Below are positions 28,319 to 35,683 of a stretch of DNA of 64,000 nucleotides, one piece after another. The notes beneath the pieces are model-generated. The model was given only the letters and a program-made list of their open reading frames with translations. It had not been told where the DNA came from and searched no databases. Position 1 is the stretch's first letter; each line of letters opens with the position of its first letter. Position numbers and translations under genes: made by a program. The stretch is from a bacterium (GTDB lineage Bacteria; Fidelibacterota; Marinisomatia; Marinisomatales; JAHJCW01). The DNA is taken from assembly GCA_028282845.1 (NCBI GenBank), contig JANQGY010000015.1, positions 77,372 through 141,371 of the forward strand, given 5' to 3'.

Positions 28319-28555
28319 TTATTGATTAGTATGAATTTCAGAATTATTATCACATTCCTCACAAATAAAATCACCCTTTGGATTAATCCTGTTATTGGCA
28401 ATGCAAGTTTGAATATTGTTCAGGTCAAATAGGCGATTGACAAATTTACCGGAACCAAAAGCGACGCTATTTCCACAATGGTTGCATATCTCGGTTTGTA
28501 TATTTTTTGCGTTCTTTGTGTCTTCGTGGTTAATCAATATATTTTCTTTCTTCAA
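28319..28555 (-). CDS. Small zinc-ribbon protein (about 78 aa)
   Basis: CNHCG...x41...CEEC gives four Cys in two CxxC pairs. Only TTG starts are available; TTG 28555 overlaps the upstream stop (TTGA). The 5' part overlaps a head-type repeat copy. Confidence 0.45.
   Translation of the reverse strand: MKKENILINHEDTKNAKNIQTEICNHCGNSVAFGSGKFVNRLFDLNNIQTCIANNRINPKGDFICEECDNNSEIHTNQ
28501..28550. repeat. Head half of the bipartite island repeat (copy C')
   Basis: Minus strand AAATATATTGATTAACCACGAAGACACAAAGAACGCAAAAAATA aligns with copy B GGTATATTGATTAACCACAAAGGCACAAAGGACACAAAGAATTA. Confidence 0.65.
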
Positions 28556-28938
28556 ATCTTTTTAATAAAATCAACAATTAAATATAAAGCCCCGAAAGCG
28601 GCTCCGCCAAAAATTAATATATTTGATGATAAAGCATTAAACTCATAGCCCTCGGCGTTCATGTATAATATATGTAACAGGGCATGCAAAATTAGAAAAA
28701 TACTTATGCCAATTCGTGTACCATTCATTACTTTTTCATTTTTGCTCGCAACAAGAGCAACTATAGTTGAAAATATGGGGATATGTAAGAATAGAAAGAC
28801 TAATTTACCATTTTCATCCGATAGCCAATTTGTAATTGGCAATACCCTCCATTCATGATTCAGCATGGCGTCCAATTCATGCGTGAATAATATACCAAGA
28901 CCGATATAAAAAATAATATTTAACCAAGATTTAGACAT
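28552..28938 (-). CDS. 4-TM membrane protein (128 aa)
   Basis: It has four hydrophobic helices and a THELDAMLNHEW motif after TM1. ATG start. Confidence 0.65.
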   Translation of the reverse strand: MSKSWLNIIFYIGLGILFTHELDAMLNHEWRVLPITNWLSDENGKLVFLFLHIPIFSTIVALVASKNEKVMNGTRIGISIFLILHALLHILYMNAEGYEFNALSSNILIFGGAAFGALYLIVDFIKKI

Positions 28939-28949
28939 TTAATACACCT

Positions 28950-29050
28950 AATAAACCTTCTCTTCAATCTACACTTTATGATTGACAAGTTTTTGATTGT
29001 TATAATTCTCTGTGTTCTCTGTGGCTTCATAATCTATCAATATACCTTTT
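28950..29050. repeat. Bipartite island repeat, copy A (head plus tail)
   Basis: It lies between the RES gene stop and the next start codon. The head has tandem ACACAGAGA units. The tail has hairpin TCAATC-N10-GATTGA followed by AGAGAAGG. Confidence 0.8.
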
Positions 29051-29058
29051 CCGATATT

Positions 29059-29520
29059 TTATTTAAAAATTCTATCGTCAAATGGAAACGGTGTTTTTGT
29101 TTTAATCTTAACATTTTTGAAATCCGTATGCTTAGGATTTATAAGAATATTGAAGTCGCCTTTAGTTACAGCTGATGGAACCTGCATTAAACAAAATTTG
29201 TTTTCTACTACAAAATTATCACCGATAGATTGAGTTCTTTTTGAATAAGGATTCCACTCTTTCCAATCTTTAGGTAATTTTGAAATATGTACTTTTTTTA
29301 TTTTTAACGAATCGGGTATTTCAACTTCAACCATATAATAATCAGACGGTAAAGTTGATATTGAAAAGTGTACGGCAATCTCTGCCATTGCCAGCGATCG
29401 GTTTTGAGCTGTATAGATTAATTCTGTTCCGGGTGAATTCCATCTTGCTCCTTTTTTTGCTGCACCTTTTCCTGAAAGAGTTCTTAAATATTTTTTCCTC
29501 GTTAAGCGATATACAATCAT
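29059..29520 (-). CDS. RES-domain toxin (NAD+-targeting toxin family)
   Basis: 153 aa with GARWNSPG (R), SLAMAEI (E) and MQVPSAV (S). The start overlaps the antitoxin stop by 1 nt. Confidence 0.9.
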   Translation of the reverse strand: MIVYRLTRKKYLRTLSGKGAAKKGARWNSPGTELIYTAQNRSLAMAEIAVHFSISTLPSDYYMVEVEIPDSLKIKKVHISKLPKDWKEWNPYSKRTQSIGDNFVVENKFCLMQVPSAVTKGDFNILINPKHTDFKNVKIKTKTPFPFDDRIFK

Positions 29521-30017
29521 CAGGCAAAAATGCCATGATCAATTCTTGTTAATTCTCCGATCACCATTTCCTTACCATAAGAATCTTTTAATAAATCCAT
29601 TGGCCTTAAACTACGGAGAGCATAATTCGGCGTTCTTAACCATTGTTTAAATTGTTCTTCACTGTCAAAAATATCATAACCCAATTCAACAACTTCAGCG
29701 ATTTCAATAATTTTTTCTGAATGGATGGGTTTAAAACTTTTTTTATCCAATTTATATCTATTAATTGTTTTGGTAGAGGTATCAAGATATTTAGCAAATT
29801 CAGCAAGTGTAAAGGTAGATTTCTCTCTAATTAGTTCAAAGATTGGGAATGGAATACCGGTTTGGATAGCAATTACAATTAAATGTATATTATTTAAGAA
29901 TTCATCAAAAGTAATGTTTTTACCTTTCAATAAGTTTTTCTGACTTTTCTTTTCAATGGAATTAAAAAATAATCTGATTTCATTGTCTAATTTATCATCA
30001 ATATTTTTAGTTTTCAT
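29520..30017 (-). CDS. Xre-type antitoxin with C-terminal DUF2384 (MbcA/ParS-like) toxin-binding domain
   Basis: It has an HTH-like middle part (TLAEFAKYLDTSTKTINRY) and a C-terminal WLRTPNYALRSLRPMDLL...GELTRIDHGIFA. ATG 30017 is used because the track start is TTG. Confidence 0.88.
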   Translation of the reverse strand: MKTKNIDDKLDNEIRLFFNSIEKKSQKNLLKGKNITFDEFLNNIHLIVIAIQTGIPFPIFELIREKSTFTLAEFAKYLDTSTKTINRYKLDKKSFKPIHSEKIIEIAEVVELGYDIFDSEEQFKQWLRTPNYALRSLRPMDLLKDSYGKEMVIGELTRIDHGIFA

Positions 30018-30037
30018 ATGCAACCTGCTAATTATTA

Positions 30038-30076
30038 ATAGGACTATTGTCCTATATATTATGACATATGTCCTAT
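30038..30076 (-). promoter_or_regulatory. Candidate operator of the Xre-RES operon
   Basis: ATAGGAC-TATT-GTCCTAT (30038-30055) is a perfect inverted repeat. A second GTCCTAT half-site lies 21 bp away inside ATGACATATGTCCTAT (30061-76). The sites are 20-60 bp upstream of the antitoxin ATG. Confidence 0.45.
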
Positions 30077-30120
30077 TTGATGCAAGGAATATTAATTAAA
30101 TAAAAAATATTGGATTAGTA

Positions 30121-30232
30121 AACTTTTTCCTTCTTCCTATCTACGCTAAAACTACGATAGGCAAGCTTTTATTTGATATAATTCTTTGTGTCCTTTGTGC
30201 CTTTGTGGTTAATCAATATACCTTCTCCTTTT
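30121..30232. repeat. Bipartite island repeat, copy B (head plus tail), overlapping the gpsA stop
   Basis: The head has three tandem CACAAAGG units. The tail has hairpin CCTATC-N14-GATAGG followed by AAGAAGG. Confidence 0.8.
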
Positions 30233-31211
30233 TCAGATCGCGCGTCATTAATTCTTTAACCTTGTCAACCGGATTCTCACCGTGGAATAATACCGATTCC
30301 ATAGCTTCAGCTATAGGCATGTGAACTTTGTATTTGTCACGCAGTTGCAGCATGGATTTGGCAGTCTTCACCCCTTCCGCCACCATCTTCATTTCAGCAA
30401 GGATGTCATCCAATTTACGCCCCTTGCCAAGCTCCTCGCCCACATAGCGGTTACGGCTGTGCTTGCTCAGGCAGGTTGCCATCAGGTCGCCAATTCCGCT
30501 CAAACCAAAAAAAGTTTCCGGCTTAGCGCCCATAATTACGCCGAGGCGGGTCATCTCGGTCAGTCCGCGGGTGATGAGGGCGGCTTTGGTATTGTCGCCG
30601 TAGCCCATTCCGTCACAGATTCCCGCCGCAATGGCGATGACGTTCTTCAGCGATCCGGCAAGTTCCACGCCTAAAATATCAGTATTAGTATATATGCGCA
30701 AATCTTGCGATGCAAACTCGTGCTGCACAATTTTGGCGGTTTCGGTATGTTCACAAGCGGCAACTAGGATTGTGGGCATTTTAAGTGCGACTTCCTCAGC
30801 ATGACTTGGTCCGTATAAAGTAACGATGCGCTCCTTTTCAATTCCGCCCGCTTCCGCGATGACTTGGCTCATCGTTTCCAAGCTGTCATTCTCAACACCT
30901 TTAGCCAAGTTCACGATTATTGCATTATCTTTAATGAATGGTACACTTTCACCAATTATTCCGCGCACAATGTGAGATGGTGTTGCCACCACAACTATTT
31001 CAGCGTCTTTTAATGCAAATTCAAGATCAACCGTTAATTCAATCTCTTTGGATATCTTTAACTGCGGTATCAAATTATGTTGGCGGGTCTTCTGCATCTC
31101 GCGCACTTCGTCCTCGAATTTGTGCCACCCAATCACTTTATGACCATTATCGCTCAAATGCTGAGCCATTGTTCCGCCCCAAGAACCAAAACCTAGTACT
31201 GTAATGTTCAT
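30213..31211 (-). CDS. gpsA: NAD(P)H-dependent glycerol-3-phosphate dehydrogenase
   Basis: 332 aa with N-terminal VLGFGSWGGTMA (Rossmann fold) and GLSGIGDLMATC. Confidence 0.95.
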   Translation of the reverse strand: MNITVLGFGSWGGTMAQHLSDNGHKVIGWHKFEDEVREMQKTRQHNLIPQLKISKEIELTVDLEFALKDAEIVVVATPSHIVRGIIGESVPFIKDNAIIVNLAKGVENDSLETMSQVIAEAGGIEKERIVTLYGPSHAEEVALKMPTILVAACEHTETAKIVQHEFASQDLRIYTNTDILGVELAGSLKNVIAIAAGICDGMGYGDNTKAALITRGLTEMTRLGVIMGAKPETFFGLSGIGDLMATCLSKHSRNRYVGEELGKGRKLDDILAEMKMVAEGVKTAKSMLQLRDKYKVHMPIAEAMESVLFHGENPVDKVKELMTRDLKKEKVY

Positions 31212-31257
31212 TGTCTATTTATTATTGTTTATTGATTAATTTTTTGTAATCAGTTTT

Positions 31258-31348
31258 GTCATTCCTGCGAAAGCTTGCTCGCCTTGGGTGGCTTATGTGC
31301 AGTGGCGTGCAGGAATCCATTATAGGTTCCCGTTTTCACGGGAATGAC
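31258..31348. repeat. Palindromic repeat units (GTCATT...AATGAC family)
   Basis: GTCATTCCTGC...GCAGGAAT (31258-31316) is followed by TTCCCGT-TTTC-ACGGGAATGAC (31327-31348). Confidence 0.75.
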
Positions 31349-31430
31349 AATGCGTATTTGATCTCTTGAATATAAACTATTATATTTTTCCGAATAATGC
31401 CGATCATCAATAATCAATCGTCAATCAGAA

Positions 31431-33230
31431 TCAATCAAGGTCTTCGTATATCTTATCTATTATATCAACGTAGTTCTTGAGAACTTCCTTGCGTTTTACA
31501 CTTAGCTTTGGTGTGGTTTCACCGCTTTCAATCGTCCACTCATTTGGCAATACGGTAAATTTTTTGATCCGTTCATATTTGCTGAATTTTTCCATAGTGA
31601 CGGCAACTTCTTTTTCAAGCAATTCATACACCAAGTGATGGTCAACCAAGGCTTGCCTATCGGAAGTATCAATATCTTTTTCTTTTGCCCATTCTTCCAA
31701 TACTTCAAAGGAAGGCACTAACAATGCCGCAACGAACCTGCGTTTGTCACCAATTGCCAAAGCTTGTTCAATATATTTCGATGATGTAAGTGCAATTTCT
31801 AGCGGCGCCGGGGCAACATTCTTTCCGCCGGCAGTTACCAAGATAGCTTTCTTTCTGTCCGTGATCATCAGATAATTGTCTTCATCAAATTTTCCAATGT
31901 CGCCGGTATGGAACCAACCGTCTTTGTCAATTGCTTCGGCGGTCGCTTCGGGATTTTTGTAATATCCTTTCATAACATTGGGACCTTTACAAAGTATTTC
32001 ACCATCATCGGCAATCTTGACTTCTACTTTTTCAAGTAAGCAGCCCACCGTTCCAAACTTATAGAGTTTTTCTTGGTTAGCGGAAATAACCGGACTTGTT
32101 TCGGTTAATCCATAACCTTCTAAGATTGGAATATTGGCTGAAGCAAAGAATTCGCCGACTTCCTTGGAAAGCGGAGCGCCACCGCTAACGAAGAAACGCA
32201 GCTTGCCGCCTACCCTATCCTTAAGTTTAGAGAATACTAATTTATCAGCAAACCGGAATTTGAAGGCTAAGAACCCACTTGGTTCACTGCCACGAGTCAG
32301 GAATTTGGCTGCCTGACCACCGACGCCAACAGCCCACCAAAATATTTTTTGTCTAATCGCCGGATCTCCCGCTACTTTGTCTAAGACACGAGCATGGATC
32401 TTTTCAAATACGCGCGGTACGGAGATCACTAAGGTTGGTTTCACTTCCGCCATATTTTCACCGACGGTATCAACGCTCTCAGCATAATAAGTTTGTGCGC
32501 CAAGCGAGAAACCGGTATAATGACCGGTCATTCTTTCAAACACATGACTAAGCGGCAGGAATGAAAGGAAGGTGTCATCGGGTCCAAAGTTGATATGTTT
32601 TTGTCCGGCTAACACGTTTGAGACTAAATTATCATGGGTGAGCATTACGCCTTTTGGATTTCCGGTTGTTCCGCTTGTATAGATCAATGTTAACAGATCA
32701 TCCGGTTTAATATCTTTGGAAGATTCTTTAATATTGAATTTAGTATCTTTAATATGCTTTTCGCCTAATTCAAGCAGATGGTCAAAACTGATAATATTTT
32801 TTGATGGATCATGGGTATTGTCCATGGCAATAATGCCTTTCAGATTGGGGCTGTCATTGATGAATTCCAATACCTTATCAGTTTGCGATTGATCTTGGGT
32901 GATTACATACAACGAATCGGAATCATCAATAATATACTTGATTTGAGAAGCTATCAGGGTCGGATAAACCGTAACCGAGACGGCACCGATACATGCAATG
33001 GCATAGTCACTGAAAGCCCATCTTGGACAATTAGTGGATTGAATGGCAACTTTATCATCTTTGCCAATACCAAGCGTTGCAAGTCCTGCTGCGAATTTCT
33101 CAACAATATCTCTTACTTCACTGAATTTATATCCTTTCCATTCACCATTTACTTTTTCAAAATATGCTGAACGGTCTGCGTTTGCATCAGTGGAATAAAT
33201 AAACATACCGGGGATTGTTGTATATGACAT
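31431..33230 (-). CDS. Long-chain fatty acid-CoA ligase (AMP-forming)
   Basis: 599 aa with the AMP-binding motif LIYTSGTTGNPKGVMLTH and GYGLTETS. Confidence 0.92.
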   Translation of the reverse strand: MSYTTIPGMFIYSTDANADRSAYFEKVNGEWKGYKFSEVRDIVEKFAAGLATLGIGKDDKVAIQSTNCPRWAFSDYAIACIGAVSVTVYPTLIASQIKYIIDDSDSLYVITQDQSQTDKVLEFINDSPNLKGIIAMDNTHDPSKNIISFDHLLELGEKHIKDTKFNIKESSKDIKPDDLLTLIYTSGTTGNPKGVMLTHDNLVSNVLAGQKHINFGPDDTFLSFLPLSHVFERMTGHYTGFSLGAQTYYAESVDTVGENMAEVKPTLVISVPRVFEKIHARVLDKVAGDPAIRQKIFWWAVGVGGQAAKFLTRGSEPSGFLAFKFRFADKLVFSKLKDRVGGKLRFFVSGGAPLSKEVGEFFASANIPILEGYGLTETSPVISANQEKLYKFGTVGCLLEKVEVKIADDGEILCKGPNVMKGYYKNPEATAEAIDKDGWFHTGDIGKFDEDNYLMITDRKKAILVTAGGKNVAPAPLEIALTSSKYIEQALAIGDKRRFVAALLVPSFEVLEEWAKEKDIDTSDRQALVDHHLVYELLEKEVAVTMEKFSKYERIKKFTVLPNEWTIESGETTPKLSVKRKEVLKNYVDIIDKIYEDLD

Positions 33231-33350
33231 AGATTCACCTCTTAGTTATTAGATTACAGATAATTGGATAATATTGTCTTCAAGCTAATCAATTATTATT
33301 TTTAAATATAGCTAAATATATTGACAATCCTTTTTAATAACATCTATTTT

Positions 33351-33380
33351 TTGACCCGATATTTTTGACAGTTCTATGAT
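33351..33380 (+). promoter_or_regulatory. Candidate sigma70-type promoter of tRNA-Leu
   Basis: TTGACC (33351-56), an 18-nt spacer and TATGAT (33375-80). The mature tRNA 5' end lies 8 nt downstream. Confidence 0.4.
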
Positions 33381-33387
33381 TTTGATT

Positions 33388-33471
33388 GCCGGGGTGGCGG
33401 AACTGGTAGACGCGCCGGTCTCAAAAACCGGTCTCAGCAATGAGGTGTCGGTTCGATTCCGACCCTCGGCA
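33388..33471 (+). tRNA. tRNA-Leu (anticodon CAA)
   Basis: GCCGGGG...CCGGT-CTCAAAA-ACCGG with a long variable arm (TCTCAGCAATGAGGTG), a GGTTCGATTCC T-arm and acceptor CCTCGGC-A. 84 nt. Confidence 0.9.
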
Positions 33472-33475
33472 CAAT

Positions 33476-33504
33476 AAAAAAGCCTCCAAATTGGAGGCTT
33501 TTTT
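33476..33504. terminator. Bidirectional Rho-independent terminator
   Basis: AAAAA-AGCCTCC-AAATT-GGAGGCT-TTTTT lies between tRNA-Leu (+) and the end of the 33523-34035 gene (-). Confidence 0.7.
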
Positions 33505-33522
33505 ATTCATCAAATTAATAGA

Positions 33523-34035
33523 TTATTTATCTTCTTCTTTTTCCCGGGCTTTCTGAATAATCGTCAGACCTTCCAAATCATCAACACTGTTCTTGACTGT
33601 TGTCAGCTGTTGTTCGATATCAGTCAATCTCCGTGAAGTCCTGCGACGCTCACTGTCAACATCGGCGCGTAAGTCGCCGAGATCACGATCCAAACCTGAA
33701 ATCTCATTGTTAATGGTCCGGACTGCCTCATCAAGATCGTAAGCAACATCTTCAATTTTACTCGTTAAATCAGCGCTTACGGCATTCACAAGATTGGTGT
33801 TAGCAACTATGTCTTGCTGCGCCGTTTGCAAATGCTTACCTCTACCGATAAATTGCAGATCAAGACGTTTTAAATTATCTCTGAACTCTTTGTTCACTTC
33901 ATCAATATGTGTGAACTGCTGTTTCTCCATTTCATCCATACGATCCATAACTACGGTATAGGTATAATAAACATATACACCACCCACTAATAATAAGATC
34001 ATAAGAAGTAGAATTATTTTGTCTTTTACGCTCAT
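33523..34035 (-). CDS. Membrane-anchored coiled-coil protein
   Basis: 170 aa with one N-terminal TM helix (IILLLMILLLVGGVYVYY) followed by heptad-rich sequence. Confidence 0.6.
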   Translation of the reverse strand: MSVKDKIILLLMILLLVGGVYVYYTYTVVMDRMDEMEKQQFTHIDEVNKEFRDNLKRLDLQFIGRGKHLQTAQQDIVANTNLVNAVSADLTSKIEDVAYDLDEAVRTINNEISGLDRDLGDLRADVDSERRRTSRRLTDIEQQLTTVKNSVDDLEGLTIIQKAREKEEDK

Positions 34036-34057
34036 TGGTTCCTCGTTGTGATTTAAT

Positions 34058-34372
34058 TTACTTTAAAGTTTTTGCTCTTGATTTTGTACTTTTTGCTTTA
34101 GAAGTACTAGGCCTTTTCTTGGCAGTACCGAGTCTTTTAGAAGCACTAGTTCTTTTCACCGGGGCTTTTTTTCTGACAATTCCGGTTTTTTTTGCGGATG
34201 GTTGATTAAGATTACCAATCATTGCTTTAAAATCTTTATTAAAATCGTTGATCGTCGCATCAATGCGATTGATCAATTCATCCAATATAGACTGACTATA
34301 ATAATCGTCTATACCGGTAAAGATTTCATCCAATTTTCCCTGCAATTGATTAAGTTTTTCTTTTTGACCCAT
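34058..34372 (-). CDS. Small protein with helical N-terminus and lysine-rich, histone H1-like tail
   Basis: 104 aa. The C-terminal KKAPVKRTSASKRLGTAKKRPSTSKAKSTKSRAKTLK is strongly basic. Confidence 0.55.
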   Translation of the reverse strand: MGQKEKLNQLQGKLDEIFTGIDDYYSQSILDELINRIDATINDFNKDFKAMIGNLNQPSAKKTGIVRKKAPVKRTSASKRLGTAKKRPSTSKAKSTKSRAKTLK

Positions 34373-34509
34373 ATTCTCTAATTAGTTTACGCACAAACTT
34401 AACTAAACTATCCTAAAAATTGAAAGTTAATTTGTTATGGAAAAATGATAGAGAGCAATTTCTATTTTATCTCTATTATTTCGCTAAAGTGATGGCTGCT
34501 AAAACCATT

Positions 34510-34615
34510 GTGATTCTGAACACAGTTTAGAATCTATATATGGATTCTTCGTTTTACTTAGAATGACAAAACTATTGCACTGCCATTGCGAAGAGTGTAG
34601 CGATGAAGTAATCCT
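34510..34615. repeat. Palindromic repeat units (GTCATT...AATGAC family)
   Basis: GTGATTCT...GAATC-TATATAT-GGATTC...AGAATGAC spans 34510-34567. GCCATTGCGAAGAG...GAAGTAATCC (34582-34615) is a half copy of the 59828-59909 unit. Confidence 0.75.
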
Positions 34616-34689
34616 GTAGTAAGAACAAGATTGTTTCTCCATGACTCAAAGGGTGTTATAGAGACATAAGATATTACGTCTCTGTAAAG

Positions 34690-35664
34690 TTATTGAATTA
34701 CTGTTCCAATTCGGTTGAACCGGGGAATCCATGTCTTTAGGTTCAATGAAAAATATACGAATAGCGCTTCGCCTAATATATATTCTTCCGGTACAAAACC
34801 CCAAAATCTTGAATCCAAACTGTCATCACGGTTATCACCCATTGCCCAATAATAATTTTGCTCAACAATATAATAATCCATATCCGTTATTGCTACACCG
34901 TCAATATGTAAAAATCTGAAATCGGCGGCGTTGATTGATCCCATCCATGGATTTAATAAATTGCCCTGCGGATAGTAGTCATCATAGACAAACGGTTTAC
35001 CTTTTCGCCGATAAAGATCATTGGGATCAATATTTGTAAATTGGTATTCTACAGTACTGTTTCTTAGTGATGCCGAATGTCCATCGTATAAAATAATCGG
35101 CAACCAATAACGCCAATTGGTATCTTGGTCAATACGGACTGTATCACCCGCTTGCGGAATGCGAATCTTTTTGAAGAAATCCTTGTTGCCGTTATCAGGT
35201 AAAAACAGATCCTGCTGTTGGTAATCGGTTGTCAATAAAGGACCAAGAAATTTACCGTTTTCAGATAGCGGCACTAACACATCATTAACATATACTTCCC
35301 GGTTTATAATCTCAATTGTGTCGCCTGGTCCCGCTATGCAGCGCTTGACATATTTATGGTAAACATCATGGGGATATTTGAATATTATTACCTCCCCGGG
35401 CCGCGGTTCCTTAAACTTTGGGAATCTCGTATAAGGAATATTGAAGCCCTTGTCAGTATAAGGAATTCCAATCCAATCCGGTGTTCGCATACCATATACA
35501 AAGCGGTTCCCGATGAGAAAGTCACCGGTCATAATGGTGTTCTCCATACTGCCGGTGGGTACAATATAGGCTTCAATTATTGTTACTTTTAGCAACAAGG
35601 CGATAATAATTATGGTACCCCAAGATTTAACTTCTTTTATTACTTTTTCTGTTTTATTGTTCAT
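34690..35664 (-). CDS. lepB: Signal peptidase I
   Basis: It has PTGSMENTI (catalytic Ser), KRCIAGPGD (Lys) and GDNRDDSLDSRFWGFV. Confidence 0.93.
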   Translation of the reverse strand: MNNKTEKVIKEVKSWGTIIIIALLLKVTIIEAYIVPTGSMENTIMTGDFLIGNRFVYGMRTPDWIGIPYTDKGFNIPYTRFPKFKEPRPGEVIIFKYPHDVYHKYVKRCIAGPGDTIEIINREVYVNDVLVPLSENGKFLGPLLTTDYQQQDLFLPDNGNKDFFKKIRIPQAGDTVRIDQDTNWRYWLPIILYDGHSASLRNSTVEYQFTNIDPNDLYRRKGKPFVYDDYYPQGNLLNPWMGSINAADFRFLHIDGVAITDMDYYIVEQNYYWAMGDNRDDSLDSRFWGFVPEEYILGEALFVYFSLNLKTWIPRFNRIGTVIQ

Positions 35665-35683
35665 TTCCGTTTCAAGCTAAAAA

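Noticed and set aside
29280-29552. Track ORFs 29280-29552 (+) and 29342-29542 (-) overlapping the RES and Xre genes
   Set aside because: They overlap well-supported toxin and antitoxin frames and carry no motifs.
30178-30210. Tandem CACAAAGG octamers considered as a CRISPR-like or minisatellite array
   Set aside because: There are only 2-3 units of 8-9 nt with no spacers. They are part of the bipartite repeat head. No CRISPR array exists anywhere in the window.
27308-30232. Interpreting the island repeats as integron attC sites (a CALIN-type cassette array)
   Set aside because: I could not find the RYYYAAC / GTTRRRY core pairs at the repeat ends; the closest is GTTAATC. There is no intI gene, and one copy overlaps the end of the core gene gpsA.
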